Assembly: GCA_951406725.2 (NCBI GenBank)
Contig: OX597816.1
Span: 30,442,001 to 30,506,000, forward strand
Reading direction: 5' to 3'
Length of the DNA stretch: 64,000 bases
Origin: Octopus vulgaris
Taxonomy: Eukaryota
The notes below the pieces were generated by a model. That model did not search any database, was not told where the DNA came from, and saw only the letters and a list, made by a program, of their open reading frames with translations. The translations under genes and the position numbers were made by a program. Numbering within the stretch: the first letter of the stretch is position 1; the number at the start of each line of letters is the position of its first letter. Of the stretch, positions 13,421 to 26,805 are shown piece by piece.

Positions 13421-13800
13421 CTTTCTACTAAAGGCGCAAGGCCTGAAATGTGTGTGTGGGACGGGGGACGGGCGAGTAAATCGATCATATCAACCCCAGC
13501 ACTTGACTGATACTTAGTTTATCGACCTCGAAAGGATGAAAGTCAAAGTCAACCCCTGCGGAATTTGAACTCAGAACGTTAAAACGGTCGAAATACCTAT
13601 TTCTTTACTACCCACAAGGGGCTAAACACAGAGAATACAAACAAGGACAGACAGACGGATTAAGTCGATTATCTCAACTCCAGTGCGTAACTGGTACTTA
13701 ATTTATCGACCCCGGAAGGATGAAAGGCAAAGTCGACCTCGGCGGAATTTGAACTCAGAACGTTGCGGCAGACGAAATACCGCTGAGCATTTCATCCGGC
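13421..13800 (-). mobile_element. SINE B copy containing a second, tailed SINE B unit inserted at 13597
   Basis: Same GAAATAC|CTATTTCTTTACTACCCAC-type junction as at 2106 and 2290. Confidence 0.85.
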
Positions 13801-13825
13801 CCTGATGATGATGATGATGATGATG

Positions 13826-13904
<79 letters not shown>

Positions 13905-13992
13905 TAATAATTATAATAATAATAAGTGGACGAGCATTATAGCCTATATTGAGAGAAATTCTTTAGGGTTTGGATAATAATAATTATTATTA

Positions 13993-14135
13993 TTCAGGTC
14001 AATGCCTGGAATCGAACTCGGAATCTTGGGGTTAGTAGCCCGCGCTCTCGACCACTACGATCACGGACATATGGCGTAGTGGCTAAGAGCGCAGGTTACT
14101 AACCCCAAGATTCCGAGTTCGATTCCAGGCAGTGA

Positions 14136-14141
<6 letters not shown>
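13993..14141. repeat. Inverted pair of tRNA-like heads forming a hairpin
   Basis: 13993-14059 is the reverse complement of 14075-14141 with a few mismatches; A box TGGCGTAGTGG and B box GAGTTCGATTCC. Confidence 0.8.
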
Positions 14142-14171
<30 letters not shown>

Positions 14172-14173
<2 letters not shown>

Positions 14174-14720
14174 TGCAGTACCAGGCAGTGGCTCTCATGG
14201 CTTCTGATCTTAACTGATTGGAAGTGTTATCATGTACATTGTTTTGTCTTGGTATAAAAGATGGGCTACAGCAAATATTCTGCTCATTACCACAGATTTG
14301 CTTGTCAGTTGTTTGACCTTAACCAGTTGAGCATGTCCCTTAGTGGCTGACGATATGTGCATCTCTGATCACGAGCAGAAGTAGTGGGGGAGCATCATGG
14401 CCATGTGTTGAGAGGGATTCTTTGGAGTTTGAATGGTTCACCTCTGGAAACATAGGTGTTTCGTTCAACATCCTAAAGCAACCCTTATTCAGGGACCGTT
14501 TGAGCAGGATGGGCTACTCAACCTGAAGAAAATTCTAACTGGGCCCCACCTGCAAAGTCATGTGCTGTTTATCTTGATATGAGATCACCATGTCGCGCAC
14601 ATATGGTTGTGATGCATGTGCCTGGTGTACCTTTATCAGACGGGTAGTCATGATGGGTATATTGGGCTTCGTATATTTTACCCCAGTGTCACTTTGATGG
14701 CATGCACTGCTCTCTCACTC
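14172..14720 (+). mobile_element. Non-coding repeat in (TAA)n, probable R4/Dong-type LINE 3' UTR
   Basis: Similar copies at 16013-16550 (+) and 60006-60463 (-); all end CTCTCACTC followed by (AAT)n. Confidence 0.65.
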
Positions 14721-14784
<64 letters not shown>

Positions 14785-15703
14785 TCAACAACATTCGAAA
14801 TTTCAAGAACAGCCGACGAGAGAGAAGAAACCCTACTCCGCATGGAATTGCATGGTCAGTTCCACCGTGAAACCAACAAATTAAAAGACCAGGAAGCATC
14901 ATGGAGGTGGCTTAACAAGTGTGACCTAAAATAGAATACTCAAAGCCCAGTCATCGCTGCTCAGGACCAGGCATTTAATACCAACTCAGTGAAAAAGAAT
15001 ACATACCACACGAGTGCTACAGACCTCTGCAGAATGTGTGGGAAGAGGGTCGAAAGCGTGACTCACATTGTTAGTGTTGTGAAAGTCTTGCGCAGAAAGA
15101 GTAAAGCGTAGACATGACAAGGTAGCCCAAAACCTCCACTGGCTACTATGCCGTAAGTATGGATATGAGGGAACAGATGCTTGGTATCAACATACACCGG
15201 AAAATGTTATGGACGAAAAGGGGAACGGAAAAATTCTCTGGGACTTTGACTTCCAGACAGACAAGGTATTAGAGCACCGAAGACCAGATATTGTAACCTT
15301 TAAGAGGGACAAACAAGACTGCCTAATAATTGACGTGGCATTGCCAGGAGATCAACATATCCTCATGAGCGAGGGCGAAAAGGCTGATAAACACGGAGAC
15401 CTGAGAATTGAGATCGCTAAGATGTGGCAGCTATGAGAGTCAAGCATAAAGGTTATCCCTATTGTCATCGGAGAATTAGATTCAATACCACACAATCTGA
15501 AGAAAAAAAAATCTGTAAACTTTAGAAATACCCTACAATCTAGGTGTATTGCAAAAGTCGGCATTACTTGAAACAGCACGCATATTGCATAAAGTCCTGT
15601 CTGTCTGAGGTCTTTGTTGTGACTTGGTAAACAGCACAATACCCCGGTAGACAATATCTTCAATCAAAAACCTCACAATATTGTATACTGTGCGACGTCT
15701 GCT
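14785..15703 (+). mobile_element. R4/Dong-clade LINE 3' fragment (CCHC finger and restriction-like endonuclease)
   Basis: IAAQDQA, CRMCGKRVESVTHIVS, ILWDFDFQTDKVLEHRRPDIV..IIDVALP..K.GDL; flanked by (TAA)n. Confidence 0.9.
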
Positions 15704-15715
15704 ATAATAATAATG

Positions 15716-15777
<62 letters not shown>

Positions 15778-16012
15778 TAGACATTCACTAGTACAACACC
15801 AAAAAAAAAAGAAAAAAAAACCCCAAATATATGGCACAGAACTTCTAACCTGTTGTCTCTTGAGGTCTCTGGGTGAGACTTGGAGCCAACTTGTACAGAC
15901 ATAAAGCAAAAGTCAAACATAGAATAATAATAATAATAATGATAATAATAATAATAATAACAATAAATAATAATAATAATAATAACAACAACAACAATAA
16001 TGATAATAATAT

Positions 16013-16550
16013 TAAATGCCATGATGCAGTACCAGTCAGTGACCCTCAAGACTACTAATCTTAACTGAGAGAAATGCTGTCATATACATGTTTTGTTTTG
16101 GTATAAAAGATGGACAAAAGCAAATATTGTGTTCAAAACCACAGATTTTCTTGTCAGTTGTTTGACCATAACCAGTTGAGTATATTCCTTGGTGGCTGAC
16201 GATATGCGCATCTCTGATCACGAGGAGTATTGGTGAAACGCCATGTCTTGAAAGAAATTCTTTGGGGCTTGAATAATTCACCTCTGAAAACATGGGTGTT
16301 TTGTTCAACATCCTTAAACAATCTTTATTCAGGGACCTTTTGAGCGGGATGGGCTACTCGATCTGAAGAAAATTCTAACCGGGTCCAACATGCGCTGTTT
16401 ATCTTGATATGAGATCACCATGTCGCGCACATATGGTCGTGATGCATGTGCCTAGTGTACCCTTATCAGACAGGTAGTCATGGTGGGTATACTGGGCTTC
16501 GTATATTTTTACCCAGTATCACTTTGATGGCATACATTGCCCTCTCACTC
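16013..16550 (+). mobile_element. Second copy of the probable R4/Dong 3' UTR repeat
   Basis: Colinear with 14172-14720. Confidence 0.65.
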
Positions 16551-16592
16551 AATAATAATAACAACAACAACAATAATAATAATAATAATAAT

Positions 16593-17103
16593 ATGGACTT
16601 GACAGAGTAAAAGAATAGTAAGGACATAAACCTGAAGGCATAATCGAAAATGATAATGCAAAAATCCTTTGTGATTTTATGATTCATCGGGACCATGAGA
16701 CAGAGAGTAGGAAACTAGACACAGTGTTGATTGAGAAAGAAAGTAAATGATACTGGATCATAAATATAGCAAGCCCAGCTGACAGCAAAGTAGGCGATAA
16801 GGAAGAAAGAAAAGAAAATATGACAGGTTAGCTTGGGAGGTTAAGCAGTTGTGGTTGATGAAAAAAGTGGTAGTAGCACCAATAATTGTGGGAGCCCTGG
16901 GAACAGTGAGTAAAACTTTGAGAAGTACATGAAACAAACGGGGGATGCAATAAGGGTGGAGCACTTGCAGAAGACAGCACTGCTTGGAAACGCTCGAATA
17001 CACCAGATGATGCTCGAAAAATAAGGGGTGTGTCCTTAGTTCACTGGTATTGAACAGCTGGCACCGTAGTACATCTCCAGTGTTAGAAGCTGTGCGAAGA
17101 CAA
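16593..17103 (+). mobile_element. R4/Dong-clade LINE 3' fragment
   Basis: KYDRLAWEVKQLW..VVAPIIVGALGTVSK..LQKTALLG; within (TAA)n. Confidence 0.8.
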
Positions 17104-17115
17104 TAAATAATAATA

Positions 17116-19200
17116 GTTTCTTTATCAGACACATGGGCTCACAGAAATATATAAAATGCTATGAACGGGGATTTATTGTACATGTGGAGCTGGGGAAATA
17201 AATTTTATGATGTTGACAGGGAAGAGTGAAGATATTAAAAAAGATTACTGGTAAGTTCGTTGCCATCGATTCATCGCAGCAGAGTTCACTGTCATCAGTT
17301 CACCGTGACGAAAGTTCACTGTGAGGAAAGTTTACCGGGAGGAAAGTTTACTGAGGAACTATATCCATAGTATTTCACCATTAATAGTTAAAAACAAACA
17401 AAAAGTGGTGAGTTGACAACGGTGAAGTTACCGAACATGGGATTAAAAGTGTAAGAAATAAAACACTAATGGAAAAGTTTAGTGTTATCCGCCCAGTTGG
17501 TGAGAATCCAGTTGTTACGTCGATTCAGAGGGCGCCACTTTACTGCTCACTCACCAAACATTGTTATATTTCTTGGGGATCTCCGAAACCTCCGTTAGTA
17601 TTTCTTGTTTTGCTTCATCCAAGAAAGGACCTACATCTTCCGGGCAGAAATATTTTATCCGGTCGTAAATTTCTTATGCGCTTTTCAACACTACACAGTC
17701 ATTTGAATTCTTTATTTTGTACTTATTTAATTTCTGCTCCTTCAACATATTCGTCGGCCTTGCTTCCTTTATTTCATATAACAACTCCAGCAGTTCCTTT
17801 TTATTTCTAATTACTATGAAACTGTTTGAGCCCTAGAGTTGGAATTTTCCTGGAACAATTCCGAGAGGGCTGACACTTCATTTTCTTTTCCCCTTTCTTT
17901 CTTGTCTCTCACTGATTTCCATATCTCTTCAGATTGCATTTGATCCCCATCTTCGCACGTAGAAGGGTTTGATCTGTTAGAAATGATGACAATACTCGAC
18001 TCTGGTACTAAGCAAAAGGTGACCTTCTGCGCCAAGTGCAGACTGACAGAAGGTATTCTATGATGCTTGTTACAGAGATCGAAGATGAAGAGAAGCTTTC
18101 GGTACTGCATCTGCTGGTGCGGTTGGTGGTACTCTGATAAAGGAGCATCAACATTGATTAACCTTTTTACGTTTTTTGAGTCCTTCAAGTAACTTTTACT
18201 GTTCGAAATAAAACAACTGAACTTCTTGCCCTGTACCTTAAGTGTTATGACTTTAGCCTGTACACCGACATCGAGGCACAGCTCCAGGATGGCCCTGTCG
18301 ATCTTAGTCATCACAAGAATTTGCAAGTCCATGCTGATTCCTCCCACCTACATATCATTCCGTACTACTTGTACTATCAATGCCCACAATACTGTTTCAC
18401 AAAAACACCAATCCACCGGTTAATATCACTCGTAATACCGTTTGGCTGTTATCTTCGTGCTACGTTGCCTCATGTACTGGAGAACAGGCATGTGGACGGA
18501 TGTTTCGCACACACTCTGCTTCTATTCAGACATCGCTTGTGGTGCTGTAAGTCAAACAGCCTGTACTGAAGTCTTTTCCCTTTTGTAGATGTAAAATATT
18601 GAGTCACACGTTCGTTAGTGCTTCCTTTATGTTGTTTTGTGGTAATTGCAAAATTATCTCCTCATTTTCTGAGACGCAGGTATATCAATTCTTTTTACTT
18701 GTCTGCTTTTCAATGTATTCCTCAAGTAAAGAGATTAAATTCTTGTTCATATAATTTTTTCACAGCTTCCTATAGGCTTCTTAAATCATATCAAGCATTT
18801 CAATAGTGGAGGTAGCTTGGGCAAAGTTATCTCCATGCATTAATGGTGACATTTCTGCTTTTGTATATCCGGGTTGTTATTGTTGCTGGTTGCACCGAAA
18901 AGTATCTCAGAATTTCCCAAAACCTGATTCTTTTCTTTCTGAAGAGGGAAAACTTTCCATGTTTATGACAGGGAAGAACTTTGGCAGAGCAGCTTTATTA
19001 TTTTGTTTTGGTAATGGCAGTAATGCTATTTTCATTCCAGGATGAGGAAGCATTGCTTCTGTTGTTTGACGCCATTGTGAATGCAGTCGAACAAAATCGA
19101 AGAAATGTCCAAAAGATGTATTTTTTTTATTGAGCAAAAAAAGTCAATGAAAGAAAACACAAACTTGCCTTGTGAAAACTTTTTACATGACATAAAACAA
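17116..19200 (-). mobile_element. ORF1-only non-LTR retroelement (Tx1/L1-like ORF1, HAL1-like), degenerate
   Basis: Broken ORF from ATG 19075 (MASNNRS..) to stop at about 17551, including LQYMRQRSTKIT, ITLKVQGKKFSCF and EIYDRIKYFCPEDV; 3' end TGTGAGCCCATGTGTCTGATAAAGAAAC resembles the SINE B tail; no ORF2. Confidence 0.55.
17250..17432. mobile_element. Small MITE-like insert with subterminal AGTT(C/T)AC(C/T)G repeats
   Basis: Ends GGTAAGTTC ... GAAGTTACC; several tandem agttcactg/agtttaccg motifs. Confidence 0.5.
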
Positions 19201-19869
19201 TTAATAAATTCAAATTCAGTATGAATAAACTTGAAAACACTTGTAATCCAAATACCAACAGCAATAGCGAGAAGAAACACGTCTGTTCAAGATGCCAATA
19301 ATAATAACAACAATAGCAACAATAATAAAAATAATGATAATGATAAAAATAACAACAGGAACAACAAGAACAAGAACAAGAACAACAAAAACAATAAAAA
19401 CAACAACAACAAGAATGATTGAACGAAACGAAACAGCAGAAATGTAAAAAAAGAGAAATACACCCGAGGGTACTTTTGTATAAACACGTAAATGATAGGT
19501 AAATTTCGGATTTAATATGTGGTTTGAAAAGTGAAATTTTAAAATTGGATAAGAAAATTTATAATTAAATAAAGAAGTCAAAGAAAAATATTTTCTTTTT
19601 ATTTATAAATTCAGTTCTTGAAGAAGCGAATGTTACGTAAGTCTATTGTTGATTTTTTTAAACACGATTTTTGAAATAATTTTGTTACGAATATGAAAAA
19701 TATTGGAGGCATGACCATATAAAATTGAATTCGTGTGTACAAAAGTCATGGACCCAAAACTTTTATTCAGGAAATTCTCCTAATGTATGTGCTCACGTTG
19801 ATCGTTTGAATTTTGAGATATCGTTAGGAAACTTTGATCTTCGCATCTTTTTCTTTTACTCTAATGTTG

Positions 19870-20070
19870 TTTTTACTTGTTTCAGTCATTGGAATGTGGC
19901 CATGCTGGAGCACTGCCTTGAAGAATTTTTAGTTGAATGTATCGACACCAATACTTATTTTTTAAAAGTCACATACATATTCTATCGGTCTTTTTTGCCG
20001 AACAGTTAAGATGCGGGAACGTAACCACATCAGCACCAGTTATCATGCTGTGGGGAGACAAAACATAAAG
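19870..20070 (-). mobile_element. SINE C 3' half, diverged
   Basis: TTACTTGTTTCAGTCATT..GGCCATGCTGGAGCAC. Confidence 0.7.
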
Positions 20071-20862
20071 TCACCCACACATACCTCCCCACACACAAAC
20101 GCACACAAATTGGTAGCCTTCTGCCAAAAAATTGAAATCAATAATCATTCAAATACGATAGTAGTTGAATAATATTAAGGCCGCAATTTACTCACACGCA
20201 GCATCTTTCAGAGCTTGTCGCTAATTCAGTTCTTAACCAACTTAAAACTGTTAACATTTTTGAAGAGGACTAGTTCCTAGTTACATTTTGGCATTAAAAA
20301 AATTGAGATTTGGTCTAGTAGAAAAAAGTTGACATCAAAATTTGTAGCTACGTTATAAGAGAGTGAGTAACGCCACCAATCAAGTTTAGATCTAAATAAC
20401 TTGTTTTATCTTTAAAGCAAGATATATTTATCTTAGCTTCAATGATAGAAGAAAGCATGAAAAATTTGGTCTCATGCAAAAAAAGTTTGTTTCAAAAAAG
20501 TTGTGAGGTAAAATATCATGAAAAAAATATAAGGCAAAAAATTGGATTTAAATATAATTAACTTTTTTTTTTAATCTAAAAACAAACTATATTTTAATTA
20601 AGCTTAAATGATAGAGCTCAGTTCGAGGAATTTCGTGGTATCAATCTCATGCAATGAAGTTTTAAAAGAAAAAAAGTAATGAGTGTTTGATTCTCAAATT
20701 TTTTCTTAACTTTTTATGAATATAATTCTTTAGGGAGACTTTTAATATATGTCACCGGCATCATTGAGGTAAGGAAAAAAAAATTATCAACAACACCGCT
20801 AATTGACTCATTTGATACATGGTTAATTAGCATAATAGCATAGCCTGGAAAAACATGGATTA

Positions 20863-21707
20863 CATAGAAAAATGCGAGCAAGAAAAATAATATTCCTAAG
20901 ATTATAAACCTGGAAATATAGAGGCTAAGTTATACTTTGGAAAAGTTCAGGGGAAGTTATTACATCTGGTAAAGTACAGAACAAGAAAGTTATTACTTAA
21001 GTTATTGCAGCTAAGGAAAAAATTTGAATATTGAAAATTATTTGATTTTAATTTACACAGTAACTTTATAATTAAAAAAAGGTACCATCATTTTGCTAAA
21101 GTATTGACACACTAAAATACTTAAAAAATGAGAGCCATAAGTACCAACATAGCAAAAGTTTTATGCAAAGTAGAATAGTATATATGGTAGGCAAATTCAT
21201 TACGTACAAAATAGGCATTGGGTCAAGACTAAAAGTGTGAAGACTTGGTAATAACTTGGTCAATAGCTGAAGCAAATTTTTATGGTGAATTTGTTGTTAC
21301 AGGTAGATTTTACTGTAATATATAACTAAATTTTATATTATTCTATTTACTGTACTAATTATGTACTACTATTATTTTTTATATCCTATTTTCAAATTTC
21401 TAACTATTAATTAATAATGAAGAAATTAAGAAAGGAATTTTTTAAGTGCATAAATATTTCATTTGAGTTACTTTTAATAGAAGTAACACGTAATAACTGA
21501 TAGAAGTAATAACTTGTAATAAAATTTTTAGTTTTAATAAGAGCTAATATTTTCTAAATCTAAATATCTTTGAAATTTTATCCTTAGCTGCAATATTTTA
21601 AGTAATAATTTACTTGTTGTGTACTTTACCAGATATAATAACTTGTCCTGTACTTTTCTAGGTTTGTAATCTTAAGAACATTATTTTTCTTGCTCGCATT
21701 TTCTATG
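20863..21707. mobile_element. Non-autonomous DNA element with about 140-160 bp imperfect TIRs
   Basis: CATAGAAAAATGCGAGCAAGAAAAATAAT..GCAGCTAAGGA (20863-21030) is inverted at about 21570-21707. Confidence 0.7.
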
Positions 21708-21849
21708 AAATATTATATGTTTAGGTACCAAATTGGCACTGTCCTTAGAACGTCAAAAAGAACGTTTTACAGTATTTTCTTTGATTCTCGCAAGATCTAA
21801 GTCCAATTTCTGCTGCACTCAACTTTGCTTTTTATTTCTTTTTTAAGAT

Positions 21850-22048
21850 GGTGAGCATGCAAAATCGTTAGTATGCCGGGAAAAATGCTTAGCGATTTTT
21901 CGTTCATGATTACGTTCTGAGACCAATTTCGACCAATTTCGGACCTTGCTGTTCATAATTTCGGGGTTGATGAAAACGGTACCAGTGAAACACTGGTAAT
22001 CGACGAGTTCCCTCCCACCAAATTTCAGGCCTTGTGCCCTTAGTAGAA

Positions 22049-22050
<2 letters not shown>
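21850..22050 (+). mobile_element. SINE B, diverged
   Basis: AATCGTTAG..AAATGCTTAGC..TTCGGGGTTGAT core. Confidence 0.65.
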
Positions 22051-22099
<49 letters not shown>

Positions 22100-22105
<6 letters not shown>

Positions 22106-22222
22106 CACACAACAGATTAGAGAGTTGGAAAAGAAAAATTCCTAACATGAGGCTACAACAAATAACCTTAGATGCCAAGAACCCTCCTAAATTTCCGGCT
22201 TTGTGCCCTAAGTAGAAATTAC

Positions 22223-22298
<76 letters not shown>

Positions 22299-22640
22299 CA
22301 CACAACAGATTAGAGAGTTGGACAAGAAAAATTCGTAACATCGGGCTACAATAAATAACCTTAGATGCCAAGTACCCTCCTAAGTATCCTAGCCGTCCCT
22401 AATAACACCGTTTCCTAGAGCTGCACTAAACTGGGCTTTATGCCTATTTTCTCTATCCAGCTGCTCAAATCTTTAGGTATGATTCCAAATGCACCTATAA
22501 CTACTGGGAAACATTTTACCCGCACTTTCCATAGTCTCTGTAATGCAATGTTTAGGTCCTGGTACTTTACTATTTTATCTATATCTCTCATATTGATTTT
22601 TTTCATCATTCTGTAAACTCAAAATATCTGGCATTTTATA
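22100..22640 (-). mobile_element. R4/Dong LINE 3' fragment with duplicated 3' UTR
   Basis: KIVKYQDLNIALQRLWKVRVKCFPVVIGAFG; UTR segment ATACACACAACAGATTAGAGAG.. at about 22103 and 22296, each next to (TTA)n. Confidence 0.75.
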
Positions 22641-22650
22641 TACTATTTAT

Positions 22651-22708
<58 letters not shown>

Positions 22709-22847
22709 CACCACCACCACCACCACTACTACTAGTACTACCACCACCACCACTACTACTACCGCCACCACCACCACTACTACTACTACCACCACCACCG
22801 CTACTACTACCACCCCCACCCCCACAACCACTACTACTACTACCACC

Positions 22848-22903
<56 letters not shown>

Positions 22904-22989
22904 CACTACTACCACCACCACCACCACCACCACCACCACTACTACTACCACCACCACCACCACCACCACCACCACCACTACTACTACTA

Positions 22990-23039
<50 letters not shown>

Positions 23040-23339
23040 TTACTACTACTAGTACTACTACTACTAGTACTACTACTACTAGTGAAACATATATTCATTC
23101 CAGCTTTTATCTACAGGACACGAGGATATATAAATCTCTTCTTCAGAAGAACCACTAATAATAGATACAGAGTTCGTCTCCGGTTAATGACATTGCTCCA
23201 TACAATTTTCCTTAAATTCGCCAGAACAAGAACGGGCAGCCTCTGCATGTGAATTTCCATAACCTCTGATATTGGTGGTAAAAAGAACGAAGGAAGTTTT
23301 TTTGACATCTGAAATGCAATCGGAATGTTTACAAAGAGA

Positions 23340-23411
<72 letters not shown>

Positions 23412-23810
23412 GTTTCTGCTAAAGGTAATATAAAACCAAATAGAAGTGTCAAATCGAACGATCAATCAGGTGTTTCAATAAAATAGCTGAAGGAGAATAC
23501 CCGAAGGAAACGTTCTGTAAAGTAAATCCAAATTATATAATCTCACATATGTAAAATACCGATTTAGTAAACTTCTATCGACTGAGATTGCTCAAGTAAT
23601 TAGTTGACAAAAAAGCGTTCAATAACTTTGACAGCAAGAAACGATAAGACCAAAAACCCAACCACGGCCCAACATCGTGCTATCGGCACTGCAGTCAGTG
23701 CTGCAATCTACTTAGTAGACTACCAGTATGCAATAAAAACAACTATATTTCCAATCATGATAGTTCTGTTACCCTTGATGACAGCTTTGATAGACAAATT
23801 TTTGTGCAAA

Positions 23811-24109
23811 CAATGTGTCAAACCTAAACTTACATAGTTTCGAATTACGTCTTTTTCGACTTTATATCAAGAAATAAACCCAAACTTAATTTATCCGACT
23901 TAATATCGGCTTCAGCGAACATATTTAAACGCATAGAAATTACAAAAAATCCCATCTAAACACCAATTCTGAAGTGAAAAACTATAACAAAACAAAAAAA
24001 AAAAGAATAATTTTTCGTGTTACGTCGTTTTTTTTGCGTTAAGTCGTATATATCGGAAACAATTACCGACGTAAGTTGAGGTATTCCAATTAATCAAAAT
24101 TATGGATGA
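23811..24109. repeat. Copy 1 of a local ~300-bp duplication containing a Tigger/pogo-like end
   Basis: Direct repeat of 25488-25809; contains CGACGTAAGTTGAGGTATT. Confidence 0.75.
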
Positions 24110-24886
24110 CAAAGACCATACCGCTACTGCTACGGTTAAGAACCGTCAGAGCGGTCTCCCTTATTTGCTCCTCCAAATAATAATCTTAACAAAGCTGTAA
24201 TATATTTCCTAATCACTGCACTAAATCTTACTACTTTTATTATTAATATTCTTTTATTGAGCGACCTTTGGATTTCTGTGCGCGTTAATGCTTATTGCCT
24301 TGATACTGTTATTAGCTTTAGACTTTACTTATCATTTGTTGATTAGCGTAGTATTTAATAATATATGACTATAGCTTTCTTTTGTAGTGATATAACTTGC
24401 TCTTTAAATCAAATGGCAAATATATACAATGTTGCTAGACCGTTTCTGATATATATTAATATTTAGCTGTACATTGGCCATATACCTACACAAACAAACA
24501 CTCTTCTATATCTATAGCTAGACTTTCGCACTTACACACACAGCTATACGCACATATATATTTGTGTTTGAATGCAGGCCTTTGATCAATTTGATTACGC
24601 ACGCGTATGTACATATGTGTATCATATGTATGCACACACATATATGTGTGTGTGTGCATGTATGTGTGTATGTCTGTGCGCGTGTGCGTCTGTGTCTGTC
24701 TGTGTGTCTGTGTCTGTATGTGTACATGTGTATATATATATATGTGTGTATATATGTGTATATATATATATATATGTGTATATATATGTGTGTATATATA
24801 TATGTGTATATATATGTGTGTATATATATATGTGTATATATGTATATTTTAGTAGAGAGCGATAAAAAGAGAGCGAGCCAGCGAGC

Positions 24887-24917
<31 letters not shown>

Positions 24918-25487
24918 GGAGAGAGAGGTCACTGAGTTAAAACTACCGGTTCTCTCAGTGCAAGTAGTATATATTTGTTTATATATATATATCCACACAC
25001 ACATATATATATATATATACATATACATGCATATATATTATTTGTGTAAGCATAAAATATACATACATATTTCCATACATACATACATATGGATTTTTAA
25101 ATGTGTGCGATTTGTGTATTTGTGTATTTGTGTAATGCGTGTTATGATAGTGGTTATAGTGATACAAATATGAACAAACAGTGAGTCTTCTTAATGAATC
25201 GTATTGTGTTCGACACCGTAATGAATTTACTGTATAGCTGGCTGATCTTTGGCATTGGCTGAGTTGTTGCTTTGCTCAACTGACGAGATACAGTTAGTGT
25301 CATGACCTTTGGATCAGAGAGAAGCTTCAGCGGTTAGGATGGCTTTTTAATACATTGGAACAAAGATTTTACCAGAGAGATTGTATATAGTTAGTGAGTT
25401 GGTGGTTGACCGAGGGAAGGACTTTATACGATCTGAATTTACGGTTGTTTTTAATGAGTAAAAAATGGGCTCCACCATTTACTGAGC

Positions 25488-25809
25488 CAATGTGTCAAAC
25501 CTAAACTTACATAGTTACGAATTACGCCTTTTTCGAATTTATATCGTTATTTGTTTTTCAAGAAATAAACTCAAACTTATGTTGATTTATCCGACTTGAT
25601 GTCGGCTTCAGCGAAGATATTTAAAAGCATAACAATTACAAAAAATCCCATCTAAATACCAATTCTCAAGTGAAAAACTCTAACAAAACAAACAAAAAAA
25701 AAAAAGCCCAATAATTTTTCGCGTTACGTCGTTTTTTGCGTTAAGTCGTGTCTCGGAAACAATTACCGACGTAAGTTGAGGTATTTCAATTAATCAAAAT
25801 TATGGATGA
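25488..25809. repeat. Copy 2 of the local duplication
   Basis: Colinear with 23811-24109, with small indels. Confidence 0.75.
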
Positions 25810-26343
25810 GAAAATACTATATTATCTGATGGATTAAATCATCGGAGGGATAGTGAAAACAAAATATGTTCAGCTTAAATTAGCATTAGTTCTGCAGGTA
25901 TTATTTTCTTTCATCTCACTGCATGAACAGTTCAAATTTTAATTCATAAAACAATTAATAATTGTTTTCCCCTTAGTTTTATCCCATTACATTAATATTA
26001 ATTATTGAACCTATGTTTTTCTAACATCACTAATGACTTTGGTCGATTACATTAGATGTTTTAACGTTCGCTCAATTACTAGGAAATGACAATCAATTTA
26101 GTATTAATAAATTTATTGTAGTCACCATAAAAAAAAAAATCTAACTAGAAATAATTATGTAATGAGGTTAATTCTAATAGCTAAATGGCTAATATTGTTT
26201 TAATAATTTCAGCAAGGCAAACCAGCAGAATCGTTAGCGCGCCGGACGAAATTCCACTAAGCATTTCGTCCGTCTTTACGTTCTCAGTCGAAATTCTGCT
26301 GTGGTCGACTTTGCCTTTCATCCTTCCGGGTTGATAAAATAAG

Positions 26344-26805
26344 GGAATAATTCGGTCTGAACGGCAGTTTTTAACATAATTTCTAGGTAACTAAAAAATT
26401 TTAAACTTCGTATACTGGTAGAATGTGTTTATAAAACATCTTTTTCTCTTGGCTTTATTGAGAAAATTCTATGGTTTTTAAGATATTTGTTGTATTTTTC
26501 TTCAATTTCTGCAATTTCAACCAATCAGTGACGTCTATTGAGTTAAAAAGCATTGTGTGCCGTATGAATATGTCTCTCGTTTAAGAAACAGATTGGGTTT
26601 ATTTACATTTGTGAAGAAAAAAAGATACCTTCCCCCCACCCCTAACCCTAACTCTGACCCTAACCCTAACCCTAACCCTAACTAACCCTAACCCTAACCC
26701 TAAAAGAGATTGAAATGCAATAGATCGATTCTAGGGCCATAATTATGGGCGACAATTTCATATGACACCGCTAGAAAAAAACTGCCGTTCAAACCGCAAA
26801 GATCC
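26344..26805. mobile_element. Merlin-like MITE with internal (CCCTAA)n, inserted in a SINE B copy (about 26210-26890)
   Basis: GG..CC termini with imperfect TIR (CGGT(C/T)TGAACGGCAGTTTTT); perfect 8-bp TSD AAAATAAG (26336-26343, 26806-26813). Confidence 0.8.

Noticed and set aside
26640-26703. (CCCTAA)n as a true telomere or fusion site
   Set aside because: Short and enclosed by the TIRs and TSD of a MITE
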